DNA of 40,671 nucleotides from Propionibacteriaceae bacterium (GTDB lineage Bacteria; Actinomycetota; Actinomycetes; Propionibacteriales; Propionibacteriaceae): the NCBI GenBank assembly GCA_035702685.1, contig DASSQF010000150.1:1-40671 (forward strand), given 5' to 3'. The notes beneath the pieces are model-generated. The model worked only from the letters and a program-made list of their open reading frames with translations, was not told the origin of the DNA and did no database searches. Shown here in pieces: positions 1-9,479 of the stretch (its first letter is position 1; every line of letters starts with the position of its first letter). The position numbers were made by a program, and so were the translations under genes.

Positions 1-341
1 CCGCGGGTCGGGTGGTCGCCGTGTTCCAACCGCACCGCTACAGCCGCACCGCCGCGGTGTGGCAGGAGTACGCCACGGCGTTCGACCGCGCCGACGTCGT
101 CGTCGTCACCGACGTGTACGCGGCTCGCGAGGAGCCGGTCCCGGGAGTCACCGGCGAACTGGTGGCGGATGCCGCGCGGGACGCGGGTGCCGACGTCACG
201 TACGTTCCGGCGCTGGGCGACGTGCCCGGCGTTCTCGCGGGTCTCGTCCGGCCGGAGGACCTCGTCCTCACGCTCGGCGCGGGCGACATCACGACCGCCG
301 GACCGGCGCTCGCCGAGCTCCTCGAGGCGGGTCGTGGCTGA
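1..341 (+). CDS. murC: UDP-N-acetylmuramate--L-alanine ligase, C-terminal fragment (5' end outside window)
   Basis: Frame is open to the left edge, stop TGA 339-341. The translated tail (VFQPHRYSRT...VTDVYAAREEP...LTLGAGDITT) resembles the C-terminal domain of Mur ligase MurC. It lies directly upstream of ftsQ-ftsZ, as in dcw clusters. Confidence 0.85.
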   Translation, partial: AGRVVAVFQPHRYSRTAAVWQEYATAFDRADVVVVTDVYAAREEPVPGVTGELVADAARDAGADVTYVPALGDVPGVLAGLVRPEDLVLTLGAGDITTAGPALAELLEAGRG

Positions 342-1062
342 GCGCGCCCGTACCGTCGACGCGTCTGTCCGGCTCGCGGCACGTCGGCGGGAACGGCTGC
401 GTCGGCGAGTCCTGCGGCTCGGGGCCGTGATCGGTGTCCTCGTGGTGCTCGTGGCCGCGGCGTGGCTCGTCTACCTCTCACCCGTGTTCGCGGTGACCAC
501 CGTGACGGTGACGGGGACGTCCGTGCTGACGCCGGAGTCAGTACGGGAGGCGGGGAAGGTACCGCTCGGCACCCCGCTGGCCCGCCTCGACACGGGCGCC
601 GTACGGTCGCGGGTCGCGCAGCTCAAGCCCGTCGCACAGGTCGCCGTCACCCGCTCCCTGCCCCACACGGTGAAGATCGCCGTCACGGAGCGCACCGCCG
701 TGTACGCGCTGTCCGCGGGCACGGGATTCGACCTCGTGGATTCCGCCGGGGTCGACTTCACGTCGGTCCCCGACGCGCCGAAGGGCCTCGTCGTGGCGAC
801 GATCACCGGCGACGACGAGCGGCTCCGCCGTGACGTCGCGACGATCGTCACGTCGCTCCCGCAGGCGGTGCGCGACCGCGCCGTCCTCGTCACCGCGAAG
901 ACCCCCGACAGCATCGTCATCGACCTCAACGGCGGCACGGAAGTGGTCTGGGGGAGCGCCGAGAGCTCGTCGCAGAAGGCCCAGGTCCTCGCCGCCCTGC
1001 TCTCCGTCAAGGCCGGCGTGTACGACGTCAGCTCGCCCAGCCACCCGACGACCAAGAGCTGA
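334..1062 (+). CDS. ftsQ: Cell division protein FtsQ (POTRA domain)
   Basis: Track ORF is 169..1062. I place the start at GTG 334, which overlaps the murC stop. Arg-rich N-terminus, one TM helix (AVIGVLVVLVAAAWLVYL), then a POTRA-like segment (VTVTGTSVLTPESVREA...). Position between murC and ftsZ. Start uncertain. Confidence 0.8.
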   Translation: MAERARTVDASVRLAARRRERLRRRVLRLGAVIGVLVVLVAAAWLVYLSPVFAVTTVTVTGTSVLTPESVREAGKVPLGTPLARLDTGAVRSRVAQLKPVAQVAVTRSLPHTVKIAVTERTAVYALSAGTGFDLVDSAGVDFTSVPDAPKGLVVATITGDDERLRRDVATIVTSLPQAVRDRAVLVTAKTPDSIVIDLNGGTEVVWGSAESSSQKAQVLAALLSVKAGVYDVSSPSHPTTKS

Positions 1063-1214
1063 GCCGCACCGGCGTGTCGAGACCCTGAACCACAGGTCGA
1101 GGGATGCGGCGAGTCGCCGCGGTCAACGTGGCGAAGGATGGGTCACTCTCGTAGCCTGACCGCACTGGGACCGGCAGGTACCCATGCTCTTCTTCCGACC
1201 GAGCGAGGCTTCAC

Positions 1215-2324
1215 GTGGCAACGGCATCCCAGAACTACCTGGCCATCATCAAGGTCGTCGGCGTCGGCGGCGGTGGCGTCAACGCCGTCAACCGGATGAT
1301 CGAGGCCGGCCTCCGCGGAGTGGAGTTCATCGCGGTCAACACCGATGCCCAGGCGCTCCTCATGAGCGATGCCGACGTGAAGCTCGACATCGGCCGTGAC
1401 CTCACCCGTGGCCTCGGCGCCGGCGCCGACCCGGAGAAGGGCCGACAGGCCGCCGAGGACCACTCCGAGGAGATCGAGGAGGTGCTCAAGGGCGCCGACA
1501 TGGTCTTCGTCACCGCGGGTGAGGGCGGCGGTACGGGCACCGGCGGCGCACCGATCGTCGCGCGTATCGCCCGGTCGCTCGGCGCTCTGACCATCGGCGT
1601 CGTGACACGTCCGTTCACGTTCGAGGGCCGCCGGCGCTCGACGCAGGCGGAGAACGGCATCTCGAACCTTCGTGACGAGGTCGACACGCTGATCGTCATC
1701 CCGAACGACAAGCTCCTCGACATGACCGACCACCAGGTCGCGATCCTCGACGCGTTCCGCCAGGCGGACCAGGTGCTCATGCAGGGCGTCTCCGGCATCA
1801 CCGACCTCATCACCACCCCAGGGCTCATCAACCTCGACTTCGCCGACGTCAAGGCCGTCATGCAGAACGCCGGCTCGGCGCTCATGGGCATCGGCAGCGC
1901 GCGCGGTGAGGACCGCGCCCGTGCGGCCGCCGAGATGGCCGTCTCGTCCCCGCTGCTCGAGGCGAGCATCGAAGGTGCGCACGGTGTCCTGCTGTCCATC
2001 GCGGGCGGCTCGGACCTCGGCCTCCACGAGGTGTCCGAGGCGGCGAACCTCATCGAGGCCGCCGCCCACGAGGAGGCCAACATCATCTTCGGCACCGTCA
2101 TCGACGACGCCCTCGGCGACGAGGTGCGCGTGACGGTCATCGCCGCCGGCTTCGACGGGGGAGCGCCGATGCGCCGCCAGCCGGGCAGCCAGATGCCGAC
2201 GCGTACCCAGGCCCCCAGGCCGGTCGTCCCCGCACCCGCCCCGGTCGTCCACGAGACGCCCGCCGCCCCGGAGCCCACGCGCGGCGGCGCCGACGAGCTC
2301 GACGTCCCGGACTTCATGCGCTGA
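1215..2324 (+). CDS. ftsZ: Cell division GTPase FtsZ
   Basis: GTG 1215. Tubulin-like signatures [17 protein letters not shown] and [10 protein letters not shown], a Pro-rich linker, and the C-terminal peptide DVPDFMR. Confidence 0.98.
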   Translation: MATASQNYLAIIKVVGVGGGGVNAVNRMIEAGLRGVEFIAVNTDAQALLMSDADVKLDIGRDLTRGLGAGADPEKGRQAAEDHSEEIEEVLKGADMVFVTAGEGGGTGTGGAPIVARIARSLGALTIGVVTRPFTFEGRRRSTQAENGISNLRDEVDTLIVIPNDKLLDMTDHQVAILDAFRQADQVLMQGVSGITDLITTPGLINLDFADVKAVMQNAGSALMGIGSARGEDRARAAAEMAVSSPLLEASIEGAHGVLLSIAGGSDLGLHEVSEAANLIEAAAHEEANIIFGTVIDDALGDEVRVTVIAAGFDGGAPMRRQPGSQMPTRTQAPRPVVPAPAPVVHETPAAPEPTRGGADELDVPDFMR

Positions 2325-2345
2325 CCGCGTAGGACGTCGCTCCAC

Positions 2346-3119
2346 GTGTTCGTCGCCGCCTTCGAGCCGTCTGCCAACGGCGGTGTCGGCGTGGCGTTCA
2401 CCGACCGTCTCGGCGGCGTCAGCCGCGGCTCGTACGGACCGCTCAACCTGGGGCGTACGGACAGCGACGACCCTGGGGACGTGGCCGCGAACTTCGCGCT
2501 CGTACGCCGTGCGCTCGCCCTTGACCGGGTCGCGACCCTGCACCAGGTCCACTCCGCCGAGGTCGTCGTCATCGACGACGAGACCTTCCCGGCCGACCGG
2601 CCGGGAGGCGAGCTCGGCGCCTCGGCCCCAGGCGGGCTGAGCCTGCCGGTCGCGGACGGCATGGTCACCTCTCTCCGCGGCGTGGCCCTGTGCGTGAGGG
2701 TCGCCGACTGCGTGCCCGTACTCCTGGCCGATCCGGAGGCAGGGGTGGTGGGAGCGGCCCACGCCGGCCGGGTGGGACTCGCGTCCGGTGTCCTCGCGGC
2801 GACCGTCGATGCGATGCGGGGGCTGGGTGCGGATCGCATCACCGCCTGGATCGGCCCTCACGTGTGCGGAGACTGCTACGAGGTGCCGGCGGACATGGCC
2901 GCCTCCGTCGCGTCGATCGTGCCCGAGACCGCCTCGACGACCCGATGGGGGACACCGGGCCTCGACCTCGGCGCCGGCTGCTCCGCCCAGCTGGAGCGAC
3001 TGGGCGTCCGCGTGACCCGCCACGGCGGGTGCACCCTCGAGAACGAGCTGCTCCACTCCCACCGGCGTGACGGGGCGGGGGCCGGACGTCTGGGGGCGTT
3101 CATCTGGCTCGCGGGGTGA
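2346..3119 (+). CDS. pgeF: YfiH/PgeF (DUF152) purine nucleoside phosphorylase / peptidoglycan editing factor family
   Basis: 257 aa with LHQVHSAEVVV, ADCVPVLLAD, AAHAGRVG, CGDCYEV and HSHRRDG. Conserved position right after ftsZ. Confidence 0.85.
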   Translation: MFVAAFEPSANGGVGVAFTDRLGGVSRGSYGPLNLGRTDSDDPGDVAANFALVRRALALDRVATLHQVHSAEVVVIDDETFPADRPGGELGASAPGGLSLPVADGMVTSLRGVALCVRVADCVPVLLADPEAGVVGAAHAGRVGLASGVLAATVDAMRGLGADRITAWIGPHVCGDCYEVPADMAASVASIVPETASTTRWGTPGLDLGAGCSAQLERLGVRVTRHGGCTLENELLHSHRRDGAGAGRLGAFIWLAG

Positions 3120-3237
3120 GACCCTCGCCCCACAGACGCGTCACAGGCGGCAAACCTGGCGTGTCGGCATCCACGTCCGGCGCGCAGGTGTGCGGGCAGG
3201 TTAGCCTCTGGCGGGTAGGCGTACGGGAGGACCGGAC

Positions 3238-3699
3238 ATGGCGGACTTGATCAAGCGTGGCGCTGCCTGGTTGGGACTGGTCACCGACCATCGCTACGAC
3301 GACCACGGTGAGCTCATCCACGACGAGCTCACGGAGTCGGTCGTCGACGACTCCCAGCTCGTCGAGCGCACGGCGAGCGTCACCGCCCTACCCAGCCGGA
3401 GGACCATGCCCGAGCCCGCAGACCTCTCCCGCATCGTCACGGTCCACCCCAAGACGTTCAACGACGCGAAGACGATCGGTGAGAGCTTCCGTGACGGCTT
3501 CCCCGTCATCATGAACCTCACCGACATGGAGGACTTCGACGCGAAGCGCCTCGTCGACTTCGCCGCGGGGCTCATCTTCGGCCTGCGCGGGACGTTCGAG
3601 AAGGTCACCAACAAGGTCTTCCTGCTCAGCCCGAGCGAGGTCAGGGTGACCGCCGAGGACCGCGAGCGCATCGCCGGGGGCTTCTACAACCAGAGCTGA
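3238..3699 (+). CDS. sepF: Cell division protein SepF
   Basis: 153 aa. C-terminal SepF core ([34 protein letters not shown]...[11 protein letters not shown]). GGGAGGA Shine-Dalgarno about 7 nt upstream of the ATG. Confidence 0.9.
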   Translation: MADLIKRGAAWLGLVTDHRYDDHGELIHDELTESVVDDSQLVERTASVTALPSRRTMPEPADLSRIVTVHPKTFNDAKTIGESFRDGFPVIMNLTDMEDFDAKRLVDFAAGLIFGLRGTFEKVTNKVFLLSPSEVRVTAEDRERIAGGFYNQS

Positions 3700-3898
3700 C
3701 GGCCGCGCAGGGCCTCGCTCCGCGCCGTACCAGGGCAAGTCTCGACCTGTGGTGCAGACGGCGACCGCAGTAGGGTGCCTTCATCGGCATGTCCTTGGAT
3801 CCCCAGGAAAGGCTGCTATAGCCTGATTCAGCCGATCGCAGGGTTGTACCTGCCGCGGTTCCCGGCGCACAGCCCGCTACGACTTCAGAGGTGCACAG

Positions 3899-5032
3899 AT
3901 GACGATGACGCTGGACGAGGTCCGCAAGACCCGGTTCCACATGTCCCGCCGCAATGGCTACGAGGTAACCGACGTCGACATCTTCGTGGACAAGGTCGAG
4001 GCGACCCTGATGACGGTCACCGAGCAGATGGAGCACCTGCGCCGTCAGCTCGAGGCGGCTCAGACCGGTGGCAGCAACCCGGAGCTCCAGGGCGAGGTCG
4101 AGCGTCTGCGCGCCGAGGTCCAGCGTCTTCGCGGCGCTGCCGACGAGGCCGCCTCCCTCCAGGGCGAGGTCGAGCGGCTCCAGGCGGAGCTCGACCAGGC
4201 GCGCACGGGCGACGCGACCGCCGGGCTCGTCGAGGAGAACCAGCGTCTGCGTCAGCTCGTCGAGAACCACCAGCGCGAGGCCTCCGAGCAGGGCGACCTC
4301 GCCGGCGAGAACGAGCGCCTCAGGGCCCAGCTCGCCGAGCTCAGCTCGCGTCCGGCCGCGGCCCCCGCCGACGGCGTCCAGCACATCGTCGTCACGACGA
4401 GCGCCGATGCCAGCGCCGCCGTCATCAAGCTCGTCCAGCTCGCGACCGAGCAGGCGGAGTCGCTCGTCTCCGACGCCCAGTCCGACGCCCAGCGGCGCCG
4501 CGCGGAGGCGGAGGAGTACGCCACCAAGGTCACCCAGGACGCCGACGCCCAGGCCGCACGAGTCACTGAGGAGTCGCAGGCGGCCGCCGAGAAGCTCGCC
4601 CAGGACTCGCAGATGGAGGCCCAGCGGGTCGCCGAGGAGGCTGCAACCAAGGCGCACGAGATCACGACGGACGCGCGGACCCGTGCGGACCGCGTCGAGT
4701 CCGAGGCCCGGGTCAACGCCGAGAGGCTCGTCCAGGAGGCCGAGGGCCGCGCGTCGACCATCGACCGCGAGGCGGCGTCCCGTCGCTCCGAGCTCCTGTC
4801 CGCGCTCGAGCAGGAGCGGGACACGCTCTCCGGGCACGTGGGCAGGCTGCGCGACTTCGAGTCCTCGTACCGCGACACGCTGGTGTCCCACCTGTCGGGC
4901 CTCGTGGACGACCTCAAGAACCGCACGTTCGAGCCGGACGACGCTCCGCCGCTCAGCCAGGGGGCGTCGCAGCACGGCAACAGCGGGTCGCAGACCCCGC
5001 GGCTCGACGCGCTGCTCACCAACCACGACTGA
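3899..5032 (+). CDS. divIVA: DivIVA/Wag31 polar growth and division coiled-coil protein
   Basis: N-terminal DivIVA domain (MTLDEVRKTRFHMSRRNGYEVTDVDIFVDKV) followed by a long Ala/Glu/Arg/Gln coiled coil. AGAGG SD upstream. Follows sepF. Confidence 0.9.
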   Translation: MTMTLDEVRKTRFHMSRRNGYEVTDVDIFVDKVEATLMTVTEQMEHLRRQLEAAQTGGSNPELQGEVERLRAEVQRLRGAADEAASLQGEVERLQAELDQARTGDATAGLVEENQRLRQLVENHQREASEQGDLAGENERLRAQLAELSSRPAAAPADGVQHIVVTTSADASAAVIKLVQLATEQAESLVSDAQSDAQRRRAEAEEYATKVTQDADAQAARVTEESQAAAEKLAQDSQMEAQRVAEEAATKAHEITTDARTRADRVESEARVNAERLVQEAEGRASTIDREAASRRSELLSALEQERDTLSGHVGRLRDFESSYRDTLVSHLSGLVDDLKNRTFEPDDAPPLSQGASQHGNSGSQTPRLDALLTNHD

Positions 5033-5042
5033 CCGTACGACG

Positions 5043-5078
5043 ACGAGAAAGGGCTCCCCTCGGGGAGCCCTTTCTCGT
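5043..5078 (+). terminator. Strong hairpin downstream of divIVA (probable factor-independent terminator without U-tract)
   Basis: Perfect 17-nt inverted repeat ACGAGAAAGGGCTCCCC / GGGGAGCCCTTTCTCGT about 10 nt after the divIVA stop. Confidence 0.55.
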
Positions 5079-5157
5079 TCCGAGGGTGTCGCCCGTCACG
5101 GGTATGGAACAGCCGTGTATGGTTCGCGTCCTGACAGCACGTGCGGAGAGGTGAGAT

Positions 5158-5601
5158 ATGCCAGTGGCTCGTCGTTCGGGAGCGGCAACGGAGACGGTTC
5201 CCGAGGTCCCGGTGATTCCTGTGGCGGAGGGGGAGGACCCCTGGACGCCCGAAGAGCTCGCCGAGGTGCGCGCCGAGCTCGTCGACGAGGTGGCCCGCAT
5301 GGAGCGCGCCATCGTCATCGCCGAGGCCGAGCTCGAGGAGCTGCTCCGCGACGGCGGTGACGGCGCCGGACGCGATCCCGCAGACGTCGGCTCGAGCAAC
5401 TTCGAGCGCGACCAGGAGATGTCCCTCGCGCAGAACGCGCGCGAGATGCTCGAGCAGAGCCAGCTGGCGCTCCGTCTCTTCGACGAGGGCCACTACGGGT
5501 CGTGCGAGATGTGCGGCACGCCCATCGGCAAGGCCCGGCTCCAGGTCTTCCCCCGCGCCACCATGTGCGTGAGGTGCAAGCAGCGCGAGGAGCGACGATA
5601 A
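5158..5601 (+). CDS. TraR/DksA-family C4 zinc-finger protein
   Basis: 147 aa. Acidic coiled-coil region, then CEMC-x17-CVRC near the C-terminus. GGAGAGG SD. Upstream of lspA, as in many actinobacteria. Confidence 0.8.
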   Translation: MPVARRSGAATETVPEVPVIPVAEGEDPWTPEELAEVRAELVDEVARMERAIVIAEAELEELLRDGGDGAGRDPADVGSSNFERDQEMSLAQNAREMLEQSQLALRLFDEGHYGSCEMCGTPIGKARLQVFPRATMCVRCKQREERR

Positions 5602-6146
5602 GCGCTCGGGGCGCCATCGGACACCGCGCGGCGAGGCGCCTCATCGCGCTGATCGCGGTGGCCGGCCTGGTCGTCGACCAGGCCACCAAGGCGATGGCTG
5701 TGGCGTGGCTCGACCCCATGCGGCCGCCTCGGATCCTCGGTGGCCTCGTGACCCTTCAGCTGATCCGCAACCCTGGTGCCGCGTTCAGCATGGGCGAGAA
5801 CGCGACCGTCGTCTTCTCGATCCTCGCCCTCGTGATGCTCGTCTTCGTCATCGGCTGGCTCGCGCCCAAGGTCACCGCGCGCTCCTGGGCGATCGCGACG
5901 GGGCTCGGACTCGCGGGGATCGCCGGGAACCTCACCGACCGTCTGGTGCGGCCGCCGAGCATCCTCCACGGCCATGTCGTCGACTTCATCCAGCTGCCCT
6001 ACTTCGCCATCGTCAACGTGGCCGACATCTGCCTCACCTCCGCCGCCGTCATCGTCGTCGTCCTGTCCGTCTTCGCGAGCCGCAGGGATGACAAGCAGGC
6101 GGCCGACGCCTCCGAGGAGACGGCGCCGCTGCAGCCCGACGCATGA
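5574..6146 (+). CDS. lspA: Lipoprotein signal peptidase II
   Basis: Track ORF 5502..6146 overlaps the previous gene. LspA-like membrane protein ([31 protein letters not shown]). In-frame starts near helix 1 are GTG 5565/5574 (overlapping the upstream gene's end) or GTG 5658 (which would truncate helix 1). 5574 chosen, uncertain. Confidence 0.85.
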   Translation: MQAARGATISARGAIGHRAARRLIALIAVAGLVVDQATKAMAVAWLDPMRPPRILGGLVTLQLIRNPGAAFSMGENATVVFSILALVMLVFVIGWLAPKVTARSWAIATGLGLAGIAGNLTDRLVRPPSILHGHVVDFIQLPYFAIVNVADICLTSAAVIVVVLSVFASRRDDKQAADASEETAPLQPDA

Positions 6147-7057
6147 GCATCCACCTGGTACCGGACGGGCTCGCCGGAGAGCGGCTGGACGTCGCGGCAG
6201 CGCGGATGACCGGGCTGAGCCGCTCGCGCATCGAGACCCTCATCGACAGCGGGAACGTACGGCTCGACGGTCGCGTGGCCGCCAAGTCGGACCGCGTCTC
6301 CCCGGGCTCGATGCTGGAGGTCGAGGAGGCGCGACCCGCGACGGTCACGGTGACCCCACGGGAGGTCTCCAGCATACGCATCGTCCATGACGACGCCGAC
6401 ATCGTCGTCGTGGACAAGCCGGCGGGCGTGGTGGCACACCCGAGCCTGGGGTGGGACGGGCCGTCCGTCGTGGAGCACCTCGCGGCCGCCGGGTTCCGGA
6501 TCTCCACCTCGGGCGCCCCCGAACGGCAGGGGATCGTGCAGAGGCTGGACGTGGGCACCTCCGGCCTCATGGTGGTCGCCAAGAGCGAGGTCGCGTACAC
6601 ACGGCTCAAGGACGCGTTCCGGCACCGGAGGGTGGACAAGACGTACCACGCCCTGGTCCAAGGACACCCCGACCCGTTCGAGGGCACCATCGAGGCGCCG
6701 ATCGGCCGGGACCCCAACCACGACTGGAAGATGGCGATCATCGAGGGCGGGCGGCACTCGGTGACCCACTACACGACCCTCGAGGCGCACCGCGCCGCGA
6801 GCCTCCTCGAGATCCACCTCGAGACGGGCCGTACGCACCAGATCCGCGTCCACATGGCGGCCCTGCACCACCCGTGCGTGGGAGACCCCCTGTACGGGGC
6901 CGACCCGGTGCTGGCGGCGAAGCTTGGGCTGGTACGCCAGTGGCTCCACGCGGTCGAGCTGTCGTTCGACCATCCGACCCGCGCCGAGCGGGTGACGTTC
7001 ACGAGCCCGTACCCCGACGATCTCGAGCACGCGCTGGAACTCGTACGCACCTGGTGA
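6143..7057 (+). CDS. rluD: RluA-family 23S rRNA pseudouridine synthase (RluD-like)
   Basis: ATG 6143 overlaps the lspA stop (ATGA). S4-like N-terminus and catalytic motif [18 protein letters not shown]; HQIRVHMA. Confidence 0.85.
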   Translation: MSIHLVPDGLAGERLDVAAARMTGLSRSRIETLIDSGNVRLDGRVAAKSDRVSPGSMLEVEEARPATVTVTPREVSSIRIVHDDADIVVVDKPAGVVAHPSLGWDGPSVVEHLAAAGFRISTSGAPERQGIVQRLDVGTSGLMVVAKSEVAYTRLKDAFRHRRVDKTYHALVQGHPDPFEGTIEAPIGRDPNHDWKMAIIEGGRHSVTHYTTLEAHRAASLLEIHLETGRTHQIRVHMAALHHPCVGDPLYGADPVLAAKLGLVRQWLHAVELSFDHPTRAERVTFTSPYPDDLEHALELVRTW

Positions 7058-7066
7058 CGACGGCAG

Positions 7067-7072
7067 TAGGGT
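7067..7072 (+). promoter_or_regulatory. Candidate -10 hexamer TAGGGT placed for a leaderless pyk mRNA
   Basis: TAGGGT, then a 6-nt spacer, then GTG 7079. No Shine-Dalgarno in the 21-nt rluD-pyk gap. Confidence 0.35.
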
Positions 7073-7078
7073 TCCGTC

Positions 7079-8515
7079 GTGCGAAGAGCCAAGATCGTGT
7101 GCACCCTCGGGCCGGCCACCTCCGGCCCGACGATGGATGAGCTCATCAAGGCAGGGATGAACCTGGCCCGCCTCAACATGAGCCACGGCGACTACGCCGA
7201 GCACGGGGAGCGCCTCGACGAGGTGCGCAGAGCCGCCGAGGCGGCGGGGAAGCCCGTCGCCGTGTTCGCAGACCTCCAGGGACCCAAGATCCGCCTCGGG
7301 CGGTTCGAGGCCGGACCCGTCGTCCTCGTCAACGGCGCCACCTTCACGATCACCACCGACGACATCCTCGGTGACGTGAACCGGTGCTCGACGACGTTCA
7401 AGGGCCTGCCCGGCGACGTGGCGGAGGGAGACTCCATCCTCATCGACGACGGGCGCGTCGAGCTGAGGGCGACGAAGGTGACCGACACCGACGTGGTGTG
7501 CGAGGTCGTCGTCGGCGGTCCCGTGAGCAACAACAAGGGCATCAACCTACCCGGCGTCGCCGTGAGCGTCCCGGCACTCAGCGAGAAGGACACCGAGGAC
7601 CTCCGCTGGGCGCTCCAGCAGGGGGTCGACATGGTCGCGCTCTCGTTCGTGCGGAGCGCGACGGACGTCCTCGACGTGCACCGCGTGATGGACGAGGAGG
7701 GCCGTCGGGTCCCGGTCATCGCCAAGATCGAGAAGCCGCAGGCGGTCGACAACCTCGACGAGATCATCGACGCCTTCGACGCGTTCATGGTCGCCCGCGG
7801 GGACCTCGGCGTGGAGCTTCCCCTCGAGGAGGTTCCCGTCGTGCAGAAGCGGATCATCCGCGCCGCACGGACGTGGGCCAAGCCGGTCATCGTGGCGACC
7901 CAGATGCTCGAGTCGATGATCTCGTCGCCGCGCCCCACCCGCGCCGAGGCTTCCGACGTCGCCAACGCCGTCCTCGACGGCGCGGACGCCGTCATGCTGT
8001 CGGGCGAGACGTCCGTCGGCGCCTACCCGGTCGAGACGGTCTCCGTCATGGCGCGGATCATCGGCGCCGTCGAGGACCACAGCTTCGCCTCCATCAACGA
8101 GATCGAGTGGGACCCGCACACGAGCGGCGGAGTCATCGCCAAGGCTGCCGCGGAGGTGGCCGACAGGCTGGGGGCCCGGTACCTCATCGCGTTCTCGAAG
8201 AGCGGCGACACGGCCCGGCGGCTCTCCCGGCTGCGCTCGGAGATCCCCATCATCTGCTTCACGCCCAGCCGGCAGACCCAGCGGGAGCTGTCGCTGGTGT
8301 GGGGCGTCACGACGTACATCACCCGCGAGCACAGCGACTTCCGGGACCTGCTCGAGGAGGTCGACGCGACGCTCGACGCCGAGGGGCTCTGCCGGCAGCG
8401 CGACCGCCTCGTCGTCGTGTACGGCTCGCCGATGGGCATCTCCGGGAAGACGAACGCCCTCATGGTGCACCGTCACTACAGCCGCACCAGCGGCTGGGAC
8501 GAGGTCGACGTCTGA
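7079..8515 (+). CDS. pyk: Pyruvate kinase
   Basis: MRRAKIVCTLGPAT, MNLARLNMSHGD, DLQGPKIRLG, MVARGDLGVE. 478 aa. Confidence 0.95.
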   Translation: MRRAKIVCTLGPATSGPTMDELIKAGMNLARLNMSHGDYAEHGERLDEVRRAAEAAGKPVAVFADLQGPKIRLGRFEAGPVVLVNGATFTITTDDILGDVNRCSTTFKGLPGDVAEGDSILIDDGRVELRATKVTDTDVVCEVVVGGPVSNNKGINLPGVAVSVPALSEKDTEDLRWALQQGVDMVALSFVRSATDVLDVHRVMDEEGRRVPVIAKIEKPQAVDNLDEIIDAFDAFMVARGDLGVELPLEEVPVVQKRIIRAARTWAKPVIVATQMLESMISSPRPTRAEASDVANAVLDGADAVMLSGETSVGAYPVETVSVMARIIGAVEDHSFASINEIEWDPHTSGGVIAKAAAEVADRLGARYLIAFSKSGDTARRLSRLRSEIPIICFTPSRQTQRELSLVWGVTTYITREHSDFRDLLEEVDATLDAEGLCRQRDRLVVVYGSPMGISGKTNALMVHRHYSRTSGWDEVDV

Positions 8516-8550
8516 TACCGCACGGCGGCCCGAGAAAGGGAGCCACAGGG

Positions 8551-8633
8551 TGCCCGAGAGGGGAGTCGAACCCCTATGCCCTTGCGGGCAGACGGGTTTG
8601 AGCCGTCCGCGTATGCCATTCCGCCACTCGGGC
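8551..8633 (-). tRNA. tRNA-Leu (anticodon CAA)
   Basis: Reverse complement reads GCCCGAGTGGCGGAATGGCATACGCGGACGGCTCAAACCCGTCTGCCCGCAAGGGCATAGGGGTTCGACTCCCCTCTCGGGCA. It has a 7-bp acceptor stem (GCCCGAG/CTCGGGC) and an anticodon stem GACGG/CCGTC with loop CTCAAAC. It also has a long variable arm and a GGTTCGACTCC T-arm. CCA is not encoded. Confidence 0.9.
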
Positions 8634-8712
8634 CCAGGCCCGCGCGGGAAATCATGCCACAGCCGCCTGCTGGGACGCCGTGATGGACGGGGAGGCGGCA
8701 ATCAGTGCCAGA

Positions 8713-9342
8713 ATGTCGCACGTGACAGACGACACCACCACCGCTCCTGCCCGCCGGGTCCTCGTCGCTGAGGACGAGGCACTGATCCGGCTCGACCTGG
8801 TCGAGCTCCTCACCGACGAGGGCATGGTCGTCGTGGGACAGGCCGCCAACGGGGAAGAGGCCGTCGAGATGGCGCGCCAGCACCGGCCCGACGTGGTCGT
8901 GATGGACGTCAAGATGCCCAAGCTGGACGGCATCAGCGCGGCGGAGATCATCGCCAAGGAGCGCATCGCTCCCGTCGTGATCCTCACGGCGTTCTCCCAG
9001 CGCGAGCTCGTCGAGCGTGCCAGCGAGGCCGGCGCCATGGCCTACGTGGTGAAGCCGTTCGACGCGTCCGACGTGGTGCCCGCGATCGAGATCGCAGCGG
9101 CCCGGTTCGCGCAGATCCAGGCCGTCGAGGCCGAGGTCTCCGACCTGCAGGAGCGGCTGGCGTCGCGCAAGGCCGTGGACCAGGCGAAGGGCCTCCTCCA
9201 GGAGTCGCTGGGCCTCAGCGAGGCCGAGGCGTTCCGGTGGATCCAGAAGACCGCCATGGACCTCCGCAAGTCGATGCGCGAGGTGGCCGAAGGCGTCGTG
9301 GACCACCACAAGTCCGGTCGCGGTGGCGTGCCGCGGGGCTGA
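8713..9342 (+). CDS. pdtaR: ANTAR-domain response regulator (PdtaR-like)
   Basis: Receiver domain (RVLVAEDEALIRLDL, DVVVMDVKMPKLDG, VVILTAF) plus a C-terminal ANTAR domain (RKAVDQAKGLLQESLGLSEAEAFRWIQKTAMDLRKSMREVAE). ATG 8713 chosen; GTG 8680 and ATG 8683 are alternatives. Confidence 0.85.
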   Translation: MSHVTDDTTTAPARRVLVAEDEALIRLDLVELLTDEGMVVVGQAANGEEAVEMARQHRPDVVVMDVKMPKLDGISAAEIIAKERIAPVVILTAFSQRELVERASEAGAMAYVVKPFDASDVVPAIEIAAARFAQIQAVEAEVSDLQERLASRKAVDQAKGLLQESLGLSEAEAFRWIQKTAMDLRKSMREVAEGVVDHHKSGRGGVPRG

Positions 9343-9479
9343 CCGCACGCTGCGTCGCCAGGTGTGCGTGGCGAGCGGCTGCTGACAGCGTCAGACGGAG
9401 TCGCTCAGGCCGCGATGCCGAGTCGCGAGCGAGCTGGGTGGCTCGTCCCGTCGAAGGCCATCGCGTGTACGACCTGAAC

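Noticed and set aside
1143-3062. Very long alternative-frame or antisense ORFs in the six-frame track. Examples are 1143..3062 (-), 10839..13577 (-), 24170..26524 (-), 26558..28930 (-), 34479..36530 (+) and 3641..5026 (-).
   Set aside because: Each lies opposite or out of frame to a gene with unmistakable family motifs (ftsZ, polA, uvrC, rapZ-yvcK-whiA, zwf, divIVA). Their translations are Arg/Ala/Gly/Pro/His-rich low-complexity strings, typical of stop-codon-poor high-GC DNA. They show no motifs, SDs or promoter geometry.
8551-8633. tRNA-Leu as a possible integration hotspot, or as a bldA-like regulatory tRNA.
   Set aside because: No integrase, direct repeat of the tRNA 3' end or compositional shift is nearby. 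The anticodon is CAA (reads UUG), not UAA as in bldA.
9343-9479. Possible small RNA or ANTAR-target dual hairpins in the convergent gap after the pdtaR-like gene (stems TCGCCA/TGGCGA, CTGAC/GTCAG, CGAGC/GCTCG).
   Set aside because: The stems are only 5-6 bp. Their loops do not fit the hexaloop A-x-x-G pattern of ANTAR targets, and they are more simply weak terminators for the two converging genes.
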